Below are positions 54,844-62,747 of a stretch of DNA of 64,000 nucleotides, in pieces. A model generated the notes under the pieces. It was not told the origin of the DNA and searched no databases. It saw only the letters and a list, made by a program, of their open reading frames with translations. Position numbers and translations under genes: made by a program. Every line of letters begins with the position of its first letter. Within the stretch, counting starts at the first letter, position 1. The stretch lies in the IMG/VR virus record IMGVR_UViG_3300045391_005020; one strand, written 5' to 3'. The stretch is from a virus (Duplodnaviria; Caudoviricetes).

Positions 54844-55581
54844 TCAGGCGGCGTTGCGGAGCGGTTTCTTCTCGATCGCCTTCTTGATCGCTTTTATGGG
54901 CTGACCGTACAGGTAATCGTACCAGCGGATCCACCACGAGCCGGCGAAGTCGCAGAAGCCCCACTCGCGGATATGCGGCCCCATCGTGAACAGGGTCCAC
55001 GTCTCGCCCTTGGTGGGATCGAGCTCGAGGCGGTGCTTGCTGGTGCCCCAGCGGAACAGGATCGAACCCGGGCCGCGCCAGATACGCCCCTTCGTGGTGT
55101 GCTCCCAGTAGCCGCCGGTCAGGATGATCGTGAAGTAGAACAGCCACGGGTGATCGTGAGCTGCGTCGTCATTATCCGAGCGGAGAATCCGGTGCAGCGA
55201 CAGGTTGAAGATTCCGAGGACGGCCATGACGCGCCGGTACACCCGGCGGGCGCGGCGCAGCCAGGGCGAGACTTCCTGGTTTTTCTTCCAGGTGAAGACT
55301 CGGCTCAGGAGCCACAGACCAAGCGACAGCTTCTTGTCTTTCGAGCCGGTCTGGAAGTAGCGGATCTTGCGCTCTTCCTGATTCTTGGCTTTGTCGTTGG
55401 TGAAGATGAGGTCCGGACGGTCCTTGAACACCAGGTAGTGACGGATCAGGTAGTCCTTGGTGGCATTGTAGTGATCCTTGATGACGTTGCGGCGGTTCAG
55501 ACGCGCGCACACGTCAGCCACGAAGTGACATAACCTGAGCATAAGGCTCGGTTTCGTCTTCATTGTCGATAGGTCCTCCAT
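54844..55581 (-). CDS. cupin-like protein
   Basis: HDHPW...ILTGGYWE...HRLEL...WTLF. Confidence 0.7.
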   Translation of the reverse strand: MEDLSTMKTKPSLMLRLCHFVADVCARLNRRNVIKDHYNATKDYLIRHYLVFKDRPDLIFTNDKAKNQEERKIRYFQTGSKDKKLSLGLWLLSRVFTWKKNQEVSPWLRRARRVYRRVMAVLGIFNLSLHRILRSDNDDAAHDHPWLFYFTIILTGGYWEHTTKGRIWRGPGSILFRWGTSKHRLELDPTKGETWTLFTMGPHIREWGFCDFAGSWWIRWYDYLYGQPIKAIKKAIEKKPLRNAA

Positions 55582-55588
55582 TTGGCCT

Positions 55589-55608
55589 ATCGTGACAATA
55601 CTATTGAC
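55589..55608 (+). promoter_or_regulatory. ACAAT-N4-TTGAC motif copy (plus-oriented)
   Basis: ATCGTGACAATACTATTGAC. Confidence 0.55.
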
Positions 55609-55692
55609 TTACAGTAAACATGCGAACAAATTCCACGAGATTTACCGCGGTTTATCGTTATCGGCCAATTTACGGCCATCCGCACGGTATCT

Positions 55693-55728
55693 AAAAGGCC
55701 TACCCGTCTTGAGTTACGGGTAGGCCTT
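55693..55728 (-). terminator. terminator after tRNA cluster
   Basis: AAGGCCTACCCGT...ACGGGTAGGCCTT plus TT. Confidence 0.75.
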
Positions 55729-55733
55729 CTGAA

Positions 55734-55809
55734 TGGTTGACCCCGGAGGATTCGAACCTCCAACCATCTGGTTCAGAGCCAGGTGTTCTACCGATTGAAC
55801 TAGAGGTCA
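55734..55809 (-). tRNA. tRNA-Gln(CTG)
   Basis: Cloverleaf, CT-CTG-AA loop, TTCGAAT, CCA. Confidence 0.9.
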
Positions 55810-55818
55810 GTAAAGCAG

Positions 55819-56127
55819 TTAGCCCGACGTCAGGTCTTTGAAGTGGGCGTGGATGCGTTTGGTGAGGGCCGCGAGCGCATCACTGTAATAGGCTTCATGT
55901 TGTTCGTCTTCTTCGCGCTGCTCCGGCGAGCGGTCGTCCTGGACGACGTTCCGGAAGGTGCGCAGGAGATTGATCATGGCGTCGTGTTCGAGCGCCCGGC
56001 GCATAGCCGCCTCGGCCGCGGCCTGGTCGAAGCGCCTCAGATTCTGTAGCGCCACCGACGAATGATTGATCCACCCGTCCAGGTGCTTGTCGATGTCTCG
56101 GTTCAGCAATTGGTACCGTGAAATCAT
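55819..56127 (-). CDS. hypothetical protein within tRNA cluster
   Basis: ORF with GGAG RBS. Confidence 0.65.
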   Translation of the reverse strand: MISRYQLLNRDIDKHLDGWINHSSVALQNLRRFDQAAAEAAMRRALEHDAMINLLRTFRNVVQDDRSPEQREEDEQHEAYYSDALAALTKRIHAHFKDLTSG

Positions 56128-56146
56128 GGCGACTCCGTTTCAAAAA

Positions 56147-56233
56147 TGGTGGAGGCTGAGGGTATCGATCCCACTCGGGCCGTTAGACACCTGCTCTACA
56201 GGCAGGCCCGCCTCCTTAGCGGTCTACGCCTCC
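56147..56233 (-). tRNA. tRNA-Tyr(GTA)
   Basis: CCTGC-CTGTAGA-GCAGG, long variable arm, ACCA; atypical T loop. Confidence 0.75.
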
Positions 56234-56445
56234 ACTGGCGTTTCTTGATTTGGTTTCCATGAAGCCAGGAATCGTTCCCTGGCCGCTTCCATTTCCTCGA
56301 CGGAGCACTTCATGATCTTGGCAGCTTGTTCGTCCGACTTGGCGCGGATCTGGAGAGTCTGGGGGCCGAGCCACATCGTCCCGAACGTGCAGGACGGCAT
56401 CAGGTCAACGAATGAATCGCGTTCATCCCATACGAGCCTTTTCAT
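56224..56445 (-). CDS. hypothetical protein
   Basis: ORF with AAGGAG RBS; stop overlaps tRNA-Tyr 5' end. Confidence 0.6.
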   Translation of the reverse strand: MKRLVWDERDSFVDLMPSCTFGTMWLGPQTLQIRAKSDEQAAKIMKCSVEEMEAARERFLASWKPNQETPVEA

Positions 56446-56466
56446 GGTAGGCTCCTTTCATAAGTG

Positions 56467-56553
56467 TGGCGGAAGACGGTGGTCCCGCCCCACAGACCTT
56501 TCGGTCCCGGCCGCTTAGCAAGCGGCGCCCCGCACTCGCGTGGTTCGGCTTCC
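56467..56553 (-). tRNA. tRNA-Ser(GCT), 8/4 fold
   Basis: GCCGC-TTGCTAA-GCGGC, long V arm, G discriminator + CCA. Confidence 0.8.
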
Positions 56554-56559
56554 GTAGAA

Positions 56560-56648
56560 TGGCGGAAGCCGGAGGTCATGAGCCCCATGCCACTGAGTGC
56601 ACCAACGGTTTTCGAGACCGTGCTGGGCACTTGCCCAGTTCAGCTTCC
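56560..56648 (-). tRNA. tRNA-Ser(CGA), 8/4 fold
   Basis: ACGGT-CTCGAAA-ACCGT, long V arm, G discriminator + CCA. Confidence 0.8.
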
Positions 56649-56863
56649 TAAAATTGTTTTCGCCGCGGCAGCGGATCCGTGATCCGTATGCTCTTGCGAT
56701 ATCTGACAACCACATCGTTGGCGTCGCAGCACGCCGCCTGGGCTTCCCGTTTTGTCGGGAACCGCTGCGCATAGCTGGCCACCGTGATGTAGGTGCGCTT
56801 GCCGTCTGGTCGCCAACCCAAGAACTCTCCGAGCCCATCGGCCCGTCTGATCACGAATGACAT
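56648..56863 (-). CDS. hypothetical protein
   Basis: ORF with GAAAGG RBS. Confidence 0.55.
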   Translation of the reverse strand: MSFVIRRADGLGEFLGWRPDGKRTYITVASYAQRFPTKREAQAACCDANDVVVRYRKSIRITDPLPRRKQF

Positions 56864-56882
56864 GCGGTACCTTTCTGATGAA

Positions 56883-56955
56883 TCCGGAAGGCGGGATTCG
56901 AACCCACAAACGACGAGGTTTAAGCTCGTCCGCTCAGCCGTTGGCGTACTTCCGA
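56883..56955 (-). tRNA. tRNA-Leu(TAA), short variable arm, no encoded CCA
   Basis: ACGAG-CTTAAAC-CTCGT, GTGGG-TTCGAAT-CCCGC. Confidence 0.75.
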
Positions 56956-56960
56956 TTGAA

Positions 56961-57036
56961 TGGTTCTGCCCCCTGGGATCGAACCAGGATTGCTGGGGTT
57001 TCAGTCCAGTGCCTTGACCACGTCGGCCAGAGCAGA
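56961..57036 (-). tRNA. tRNA-Phe(GAA)
   Basis: CT-GAA-AC loop, TTCGATC, ACCA. Confidence 0.85.
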
Positions 57037-57042
57037 ATGAAA

Positions 57043-57120
57043 TGGTCCCCAGAGCAGGATTTGAACCTGCACATAAACAGTTTTTGAAACTGCCGCCTCT
57101 GCCGGTTGGGCTATCAGGGG
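57043..57120 (-). tRNA. tRNA-Leu(CAA), short variable arm
   Basis: GCAGT-TTCAAAA-ACTGT, TTCAAAT, ACCA. Confidence 0.85.
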
Positions 57121-57123
57121 AAA

Positions 57124-57253
57124 AGCACCGGGGAGGATTTGAACCTCCACCACAGGTCGTAGGACCCGTTAAGCCGTGGAGAGGTCAGTCCTGAGCGCTC
57201 AGGATTATTGACGTCACGCGGTTCACAGCTCGTCCAGGTTGAGCTTCCGGTGC
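57124..57253 (-). ncRNA. 130-nt tRNA-like RNA with large insertion
   Basis: Perfect acceptor GCACCGG/CCGGTGC, D arm, GGAGG-TTCAAAT-CCTCC T arm, about 55 extra nt. Confidence 0.65.
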
Positions 57254-57257
57254 AAAA

Positions 57258-57334
57258 TGGTGTCCGCGCGTGGACTCGAACCACGACTGAATACGCTCTC
57301 AACGTAACACCTCTGCCAATTGGGTTACGCGGAC
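57258..57334 (-). tRNA. tRNA-Leu(GAG), short variable arm
   Basis: TACG-TTGAGAG-CGTA, TTCGAGT, ACCA. Confidence 0.85.
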
Positions 57335-57412
57335 TGGTATCCGCGGAGGGACTCGAACCCCCAACATCCTCGTTCTGAGCGAGGCGCCTCTGCCAAATTG
57401 GACTACGCGGAC
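57335..57412 (-). tRNA. tRNA-Leu(CAG), short variable arm
   Basis: CCTCG-CTCAGAA-CGAGG, TTCGAGT, ACCA. Confidence 0.9.
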
Positions 57413-57429
57413 ATGAATTTACGAATCGA

Positions 57430-57879
57430 TTAGGCGCCCTGCCAAAAGTAGATCCATCCACTCGGACGGTAATCTCTGCGTTCTGGTCTGTAGTTGTACC
57501 TGAAGGCGCTGGTCACCTTCAACCAGTCCACGATAAGACCCGGTAAATTATGCGGGTACATATCCTGCATATTGACGCCGGAGGCGGCCAGACTGTCTAG
57601 CAGCGCGCTCGCGGTCTCATTGGCCATCTTGGCATCGATATGTTCGAAGTGGTTGAATGGGCCGTCGGAGACCTTTTGGAATATAACTGGATGCAGGCCT
57701 TTCTCGCCGACCGCCGGCAAGTAGTTCCAACCGAACTGCATCGCGACGCGAACCCAGAACTTTTCCAGTTCTGGCAGTTCCCCGATCGCGGCAGAGGCTG
57801 TTTTGCCCCTGTAGTACAATTCCATCAGCTTATTCGCCGTTTCCATCGCAAGTTTTTCATCAACGTGTTCGAGGTGCAT
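57430..57879 (-). CDS. hypothetical protein with internal duplication
   Basis: Two H.EH.D.K.A.ETA...LP.L...W......F..NY.P repeats. Confidence 0.7.
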   Translation of the reverse strand: MHLEHVDEKLAMETANKLMELYYRGKTASAAIGELPELEKFWVRVAMQFGWNYLPAVGEKGLHPVIFQKVSDGPFNHFEHIDAKMANETASALLDSLAASGVNMQDMYPHNLPGLIVDWLKVTSAFRYNYRPERRDYRPSGWIYFWQGA

Positions 57880-57906
57880 ACAGGCTCCTTCGATTCGTTT
57901 GAGAGT

Positions 57907-58110
57907 TCAGGAAGCTGCCTTTTCGGCGGCCTTAACTGCGTCAAGCAGACGAATGACGTCGTGCTTGTCGGCCCACGCCAGAGTGCACTCCTCGGCCACT
58001 TCTGGTGTGATGCCTTGTTCGACTAAGTATTCGATGACACGATCCTGAATGGCATTCGTCGCGATCAAGTAGTCGACCCGCCGTAGATCAGCTGCGTTTT
58101 GATAGCTCAT
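57907..58110 (-). CDS. hypothetical protein
   Basis: ORF. Confidence 0.65.
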   Translation of the reverse strand: MSYQNAADLRRVDYLIATNAIQDRVIEYLVEQGITPEVAEECTLAWADKHDVIRLLDAVKAAEKAAS

Positions 58111-58146
58111 CTGAACTCTCGTTTCTCAAGTATGAAATTGTCAAAG

Positions 58147-58175
58147 AAAAACCCCAGGCTTGTGGCCTGGGGTTT
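58147..58175 (-). terminator. intrinsic terminator
   Basis: AAACCCCAGGC...GCCTGGGGTTT plus T tract. Confidence 0.7.
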
Positions 58176-58299
58176 CAGATCTGCGAGGAATGGAGGAGGG
58201 GTTACAACGCAGAAATCTCCCAGGCGGTCATGTTGCAAAGCAACTGACTCGAAAATCGATAAGCCTGGGATGATAGCGAGTGACGCATGGGTGAGAAAT

Positions 58300-58824
58300 C
58301 TAACGAGCGCGTAGGTGATTGCAAGAGCGTTGTTTCTTGTGCTCGGCGTTCCAGCGCTCGCGGAATGCTTTGTCGACGCAGGCGTGGTTGCAATCCAGCA
58401 CCCGTAACTGCGTCAGTCCCGACTTCGGATCTTGTTCGATCCGGTACTCGTACGAGCCCGGCACTAGCCAGGCGTGCCAGATCGTGTTGATGTGGAATGG
58501 CATCCGGATGAAGTTGCAAGACCGGATCGCGAGCCGGTTCCCGACGCCCGGCACCAATACCAAGTCCCATCCGTCGAACCACGGCGACACCATCATGGGT
58601 GAGCCGAATTGTTCCCAGATCTGGAGCGGAATCCCGAGATACGATTTGCAGACCCGGATCTTGGTCAAATCACACTCGAGGGTGCGGGCGACGCGGATCA
58701 GGTCCTGTGGACGCGTGAAGGTGTCGGGCACGATGGCCCGCAGCTCCTCAACGCTCGGATAGCGCGGCGACGAGTTCTTGTCGGACACGCGCGGCCTCCT
58801 GGAAGACGGCAGGGTTGTGATCAC
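58300..58824 (-). CDS. hypothetical protein
   Basis: ORF; exact start uncertain. Confidence 0.6.
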   Translation of the reverse strand: MITTLPSSRRPRVSDKNSSPRYPSVEELRAIVPDTFTRPQDLIRVARTLECDLTKIRVCKSYLGIPLQIWEQFGSPMMVSPWFDGWDLVLVPGVGNRLAIRSCNFIRMPFHINTIWHAWLVPGSYEYRIEQDPKSGLTQLRVLDCNHACVDKAFRERWNAEHKKQRSCNHLRAR

Positions 58825-59176
58825 GGGATTCCAAAACCCACGTGAACCTGTAACCGCGCTTCTCGAATCCGCTGATTACGTCCCAGCCGGTCCCGTTGCG
58901 GGCGGCGTGGCCATTTGCTGCTTCGACCAGGTCGCGCGAATCAGTGCAGCAGAGGACGTTCGTGATGGCGCCGCGGTCCGGATGATTCTCGTCGTACCAC
59001 AACAGCGCCGCTGCGAACGGCAGGACGTCGGCTTGACCGAGCTGAATGTCTGGCTCCTTGCCACAGATCTTCATGGAAGCGGATTCGGCGGGCACGTACA
59101 GAAACGCGCTCCAGCCGGCGGGCCCGCCAAGGCTCGCCCCCACTGCTCCACCGATGACCAGAAGGTCGGTTTCCAT
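58748..59176 (-). CDS. RNase HI-fold protein, probably degenerate
   Basis: GG......GGPAGW, CTDS..LV, W, FTWV pattern of RNase HI. Confidence 0.55.
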   Translation of the reverse strand: METDLLVIGGAVGASLGGPAGWSAFLYVPAESASMKICGKEPDIQLGQADVLPFAAALLWYDENHPDRGAITNVLCCTDSRDLVEAANGHAARNGTGWDVISGFEKRGYRFTWVLESRDHNPAVFQEAARVRQELVAALSER

Positions 59177-59205
59177 GCGGTAAAATTACTAAGCTCTAAT
59201 ATCTT

Positions 59206-59225
59206 TGCAAACTAATTGTACTGTT
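59206..59225 (-). promoter_or_regulatory. ACAAT-N4-TTG motif copy
   Basis: ACAATTAGTTTGCAA followed after 16 nt by TAATTT. Confidence 0.5.
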
Positions 59226-59289
59226 ATAAGGCCTGTCTGGCTCATAGGTAAAAGAGAGACCGAGCCCAGATGGTGTCCGAACGAACCCA

Positions 59290-59408
59290 CCCACCGCGAC
59301 TGCTTATACCACCTACCGACGCAAGGATCCTGGGACACAGGTTAGTGTGGTCTCCTGGGTCTATTACGGATCCTCTGCGGGGCAGAGGGTATGAGCAGTC
59401 GCGGTGGG
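59290..59408 (-). ncRNA. candidate rod-shaped structured RNA
   Basis: 21-bp outer stem plus nested CTGCC/GGTAG and GCA-GAGGATCC/GGATCCTTGC stems in an intergenic gap. Confidence 0.5.
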
Positions 59409-59417
59409 CTTTGTCGT

Positions 59418-59954
59418 CTACACAGCAGCCGGCTGCTGGCTCAAGAGAGCCATCGCCTTCTTGCTGTGTTCTTCCTGCCAGGCGCTGAAGTAGGCTTCAG
59501 CGTTCTGGCCGATCCACTCCCGGATCGAATCAGGTACAGGTCCGATCTCCAGGGTATCGAAGACCGGCGGGCGCCGATCCTCAACCGCAGCCTTCTCGAC
59601 GGCCTTGACCCACAGGGTGTACTTGTACGCCGCCCGGAGACATGCGAGCGCCTCTTGGGCGTTCTGCATGGGACAGGGCGGGTCGAAGATCACACTGCGG
59701 CCATTGTCGGCGATTCGCTTGCAGCCACCCTTATGGAAGAACTCCACTGCTTCGTCGCCCTTCACCCCGTGCAGGATGATGGACACAAATCCCTCGGCCA
59801 GCCAGGAATCGCCTTCCTGGCTTCTGGGATTCTCGACGGCGTAGTTGAGCTTCCTGATCCCTTGGTCCAGGCTATCGAGCGCCTTGTCGACGTTGATAAC
59901 CTGTTCGCCTCGCTCGGTTTTGTAAATCGGGAGGATGAGTACGTGTTTACTCAT
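59418..59954 (-). CDS. hypothetical protein
   Basis: ORF, start trimmed. Confidence 0.7.
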   Translation of the reverse strand: MSKHVLILPIYKTERGEQVINVDKALDSLDQGIRKLNYAVENPRSQEGDSWLAEGFVSIILHGVKGDEAVEFFHKGGCKRIADNGRSVIFDPPCPMQNAQEALACLRAAYKYTLWVKAVEKAAVEDRRPPVFDTLEIGPVPDSIREWIGQNAEAYFSAWQEEHSKKAMALLSQQPAAV

Positions 59955-60846
59955 GGCTCTCTCCGAAGTTTTCCGGCTTCGGGATCGACGCCGACAGGAC
60001 GGCTGCATCGCGGTTGTTCAAGACTTTCCGGGTCGTCTCCTCGCGCGGATCGCGCGGGGCTTCGATCCGGATGGTCTCGGCCTCCGCTTTGCGTTCCGCC
60101 TTCTCGACCGCTTCCTTGAGGACTTGTGCCCGGTGATCAGCGATCTGCTGATCGGTGGTTTCCATGTCGACGCTGGCGCGGGCGCTCTCGGCGACCGCGT
60201 TGTCGACCTGGGCCTGCGGGCTTTCCTGTTCGGCATCGGTCTTGACGCGAGGTTCCGGTTTCTGCGGTTGCGCATGGCTCTGGATAAACTTGCGGGTTAA
60301 TCCAGTCAGGCGCGTGCAGAGACGGTTCACGGTCGGGTTGAATCCCATGAGCGCATGGTATTCCTCGAGGCCGCCCAGCAGACGCTGGTACAGCTTCGGG
60401 GTCACCCACACACCCTTGCAGTCCAGGAGCGTCATCACCATCTCGACATCTTGGGCCACGAAGTTCTGCTTCGAGCCCGCGATTTCGGCGATGGGGATTC
60501 GGCCGCCATTTTCCTGGCGACTTTTCTGGATCTGCGCCACCAGAGCGTCGAGCGACGCCACGGCGCGACGGATCACGAAGAACGCCACTTGGTTGATCAC
60601 CTCGCGGGCGCCGAAGTCGCCCACGCGGCCCCATCCAGGATAGCCCTTCGTCTCGTCCGCGGCGTGCGGGAACTTGCTGAGTTCACGGAACGCGTCTTTC
60701 AGGTTCTGTATGCGTAGGCCCTCAGGGGTTCCCCGATAGGCGCTACCAATAGCCCTATGGGCCCGATCGAGGGTCCCGGTTTCATAAGCGTTGACGATCA
60801 CGGCAATGATTGAATTTTCGATCTCGTTCTTGATGTCGGTAGTCAT
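59947..60846 (-). CDS. hypothetical protein
   Basis: ORF with GAGGAG RBS. Confidence 0.75.
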   Translation of the reverse strand: MTTDIKNEIENSIIAVIVNAYETGTLDRAHRAIGSAYRGTPEGLRIQNLKDAFRELSKFPHAADETKGYPGWGRVGDFGAREVINQVAFFVIRRAVASLDALVAQIQKSRQENGGRIPIAEIAGSKQNFVAQDVEMVMTLLDCKGVWVTPKLYQRLLGGLEEYHALMGFNPTVNRLCTRLTGLTRKFIQSHAQPQKPEPRVKTDAEQESPQAQVDNAVAESARASVDMETTDQQIADHRAQVLKEAVEKAERKAEAETIRIEAPRDPREETTRKVLNNRDAAVLSASIPKPENFGESHE

Positions 60847-60948
60847 GACTGACTCCTCTGGTTGTACGGATTTACTCTGCGGTACCCGATTAAGGCTCGG
60901 GTATGAGGCCGGAAGCCATTACAGGCTAGGTGTGGATGATTGTCCGGG

Positions 60949-61428
60949 TTAGCCTTCCTGGAGATGTTCCAGGGAGGACTGCATGAAATTCTCGAGAGCT
61001 TCGCATTCCTGTCCGTAGTTGGAGAAGGCCTTGAGGGTTTCTCGTTCCAACTTCCGGTACCGGTTGCGTGCTTTCGTGCATCCCATCCAGGCTTGATTCA
61101 AGCATTCGGTATCGATCAAGAGTGTCTTGATCACATAACCGTCCCGCTCGGGATCGAAGATAACCGGGATAACAATCGAGATTGGTACGTTCCGACTGTC
61201 TCGAATAACCATGTACCGTAAGTGTTCATATCGGTTCGTATTTTCGATATGCAGCAACGCCGAACCGCGAGCCGCGTGCAGAACGCGGTTGGCAATTTGA
61301 CGCAGTGACATACCTGAAAACCCGAGATGCTTTACGGCCTTGGCTATCGCGTGTTCGCCGATCATAAGTTGGTACTTAGGATCGAGATCACACGTCTCGA
61401 AACATTTTTTGATAGAAATCCTGAACAT
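60949..61428 (-). CDS. hypothetical protein
   Basis: ORF with GGAGG RBS. Confidence 0.6.
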   Translation of the reverse strand: MFRISIKKCFETCDLDPKYQLMIGEHAIAKAVKHLGFSGMSLRQIANRVLHAARGSALLHIENTNRYEHLRYMVIRDSRNVPISIVIPVIFDPERDGYVIKTLLIDTECLNQAWMGCTKARNRYRKLERETLKAFSNYGQECEALENFMQSSLEHLQEG

Positions 61429-61547
61429 GAAAACGCCTCCCCCATCGGCTCGAGCGCTTTGACTTCGCACTCTCGTCTTTGGGTTTCCTTGGTTGCGGGA
61501 AGCTCCTCCGCGGTTTCCCACGGAGGAGCCCTTAGGTCTCCAGGTTC

Positions 61548-61880
61548 TCAACCGTTGATCGATCGAGGCGTGAATACACGGCGACTTCCGTCGAGTTTTC
61601 CGAAACGGTCCCCCCATGGGAACTGCTTCTGCGACTCGGCGTAGAGCGACGGATCAAGACCCCACAGGGTCTTCATCGCCGCCTCGTGCACCAACTTGTT
61701 CTTGGTGTGAGTCGTCAGGAGGTAGACCTCCTCGTTGTATAAGAAACCATGCGGCCACTTGGCGATGGTCTCGAGCGCGCGGATCTGCTGCTTGGGGCGG
61801 CGTCCGTCGTTGAGATCACGCATGATGGCAGCGTCGAGGGGCTCTTGTTCCTGATTCAGCGGTTCGACTTCGATATCCAT
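61548..61880 (-). CDS. hypothetical protein
   Basis: ORF with AAGGAG RBS. Confidence 0.65.
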   Translation of the reverse strand: MDIEVEPLNQEQEPLDAAIMRDLNDGRRPKQQIRALETIAKWPHGFLYNEEVYLLTTHTKNKLVHEAAMKTLWGLDPSLYAESQKQFPWGDRFGKLDGSRRVFTPRSING

Positions 61881-61912
61881 GGCGGACTCCTTGGTTAGGG
61901 TTTGGAAAACAC

Positions 61913-61941
61913 AAACCCCCGGGGGTTTTCCCCGGGGGTTT
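61913..61941. terminator. hairpin terminator
   Basis: AAACCCCCGGGG...CCCCGGGGGTTT. Confidence 0.65.
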
Positions 61942-61990
61942 ATCGTGCGCCCAATTATGGTCGGGCCTGAGACCAATGGTTCATAAGACG

Positions 61991-62674
61991 TCAGTCAGCT
62001 GCAAACCACTCAGCGATTTGCATTGGGCTTAGATTCGCCCAGCTCTCTTGGACCGACCCCGGGATCTCGTACGGAGTGCAGCGTCGGCACTCTGAACTGA
62101 GGTGGAGATGTCGAGCCAACTGGGCGAAGACCTCTTTGAGTTCTTCCCCGACGGCCTTCCAGGCTTGTTCGAGCGCGTGGGAGAGCTCGATCGAGACCAG
62201 ATTCTCCAACGCTACGCCGGCGACTGATAAGCGGGCTAAGCCCACGAATCCATTGCTGGCAAGCAGGAGCCGTATCGCCTTTTCCTCTTTTGTGGATGCT
62301 CCATTCTTGCGTTCGGGCGCCAAGAACTGTGACAGCACATCAGTGGCTTTAGGGTTTACGAGCCGAAGGCAAATAGCGAACGCCATCACCAGCATCCGAT
62401 TCGCTCGCCGAAGAACCGGCTTTGCGGATTGGGCGTCTGATTCTGCGTTCACCATCTTTGGGAAGGCTTCGGCAGGATCATCACACTTTGGTGATAGAAA
62501 CTGCTTGGCCTGTTTCATGTAATCCGCGACTGCGCGAATTTCATTGGTGTGAACTCTGATAGCCTGAAGACGAAACCAGTTCACCGTCGCTTGCGCGGCT
62601 GTCGCTAGGTCCTGATGACCTACTGACGGAGTCGTGAGCGGCATAGTGTCCATCTTTTCTTTTTGGATACCCAT
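61991..62674 (-). CDS. hypothetical protein (paralog of 62748..63410)
   Basis: V.LARL....V...W..VG......F..LA..LH...W..LS....IA.W. Confidence 0.7.
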   Translation of the reverse strand: MGIQKEKMDTMPLTTPSVGHQDLATAAQATVNWFRLQAIRVHTNEIRAVADYMKQAKQFLSPKCDDPAEAFPKMVNAESDAQSAKPVLRRANRMLVMAFAICLRLVNPKATDVLSQFLAPERKNGASTKEEKAIRLLLASNGFVGLARLSVAGVALENLVSIELSHALEQAWKAVGEELKEVFAQLARHLHLSSECRRCTPYEIPGSVQESWANLSPMQIAEWFAAD

Positions 62675-62747
62675 CCTTGGTTAGGGATGGTCGTGATCCT
62701 GCTCCGTTCGCCGGCACACCCGGCGAACGGTTTAGGCAGGAAATGTG

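Noticed and set aside
55734-57412. Stop-codon recoding or suppressor tRNAs
   Set aside because: No CTA, TTA or TCA anticodons found, and conserved genes are intact in the standard code using all three stops.
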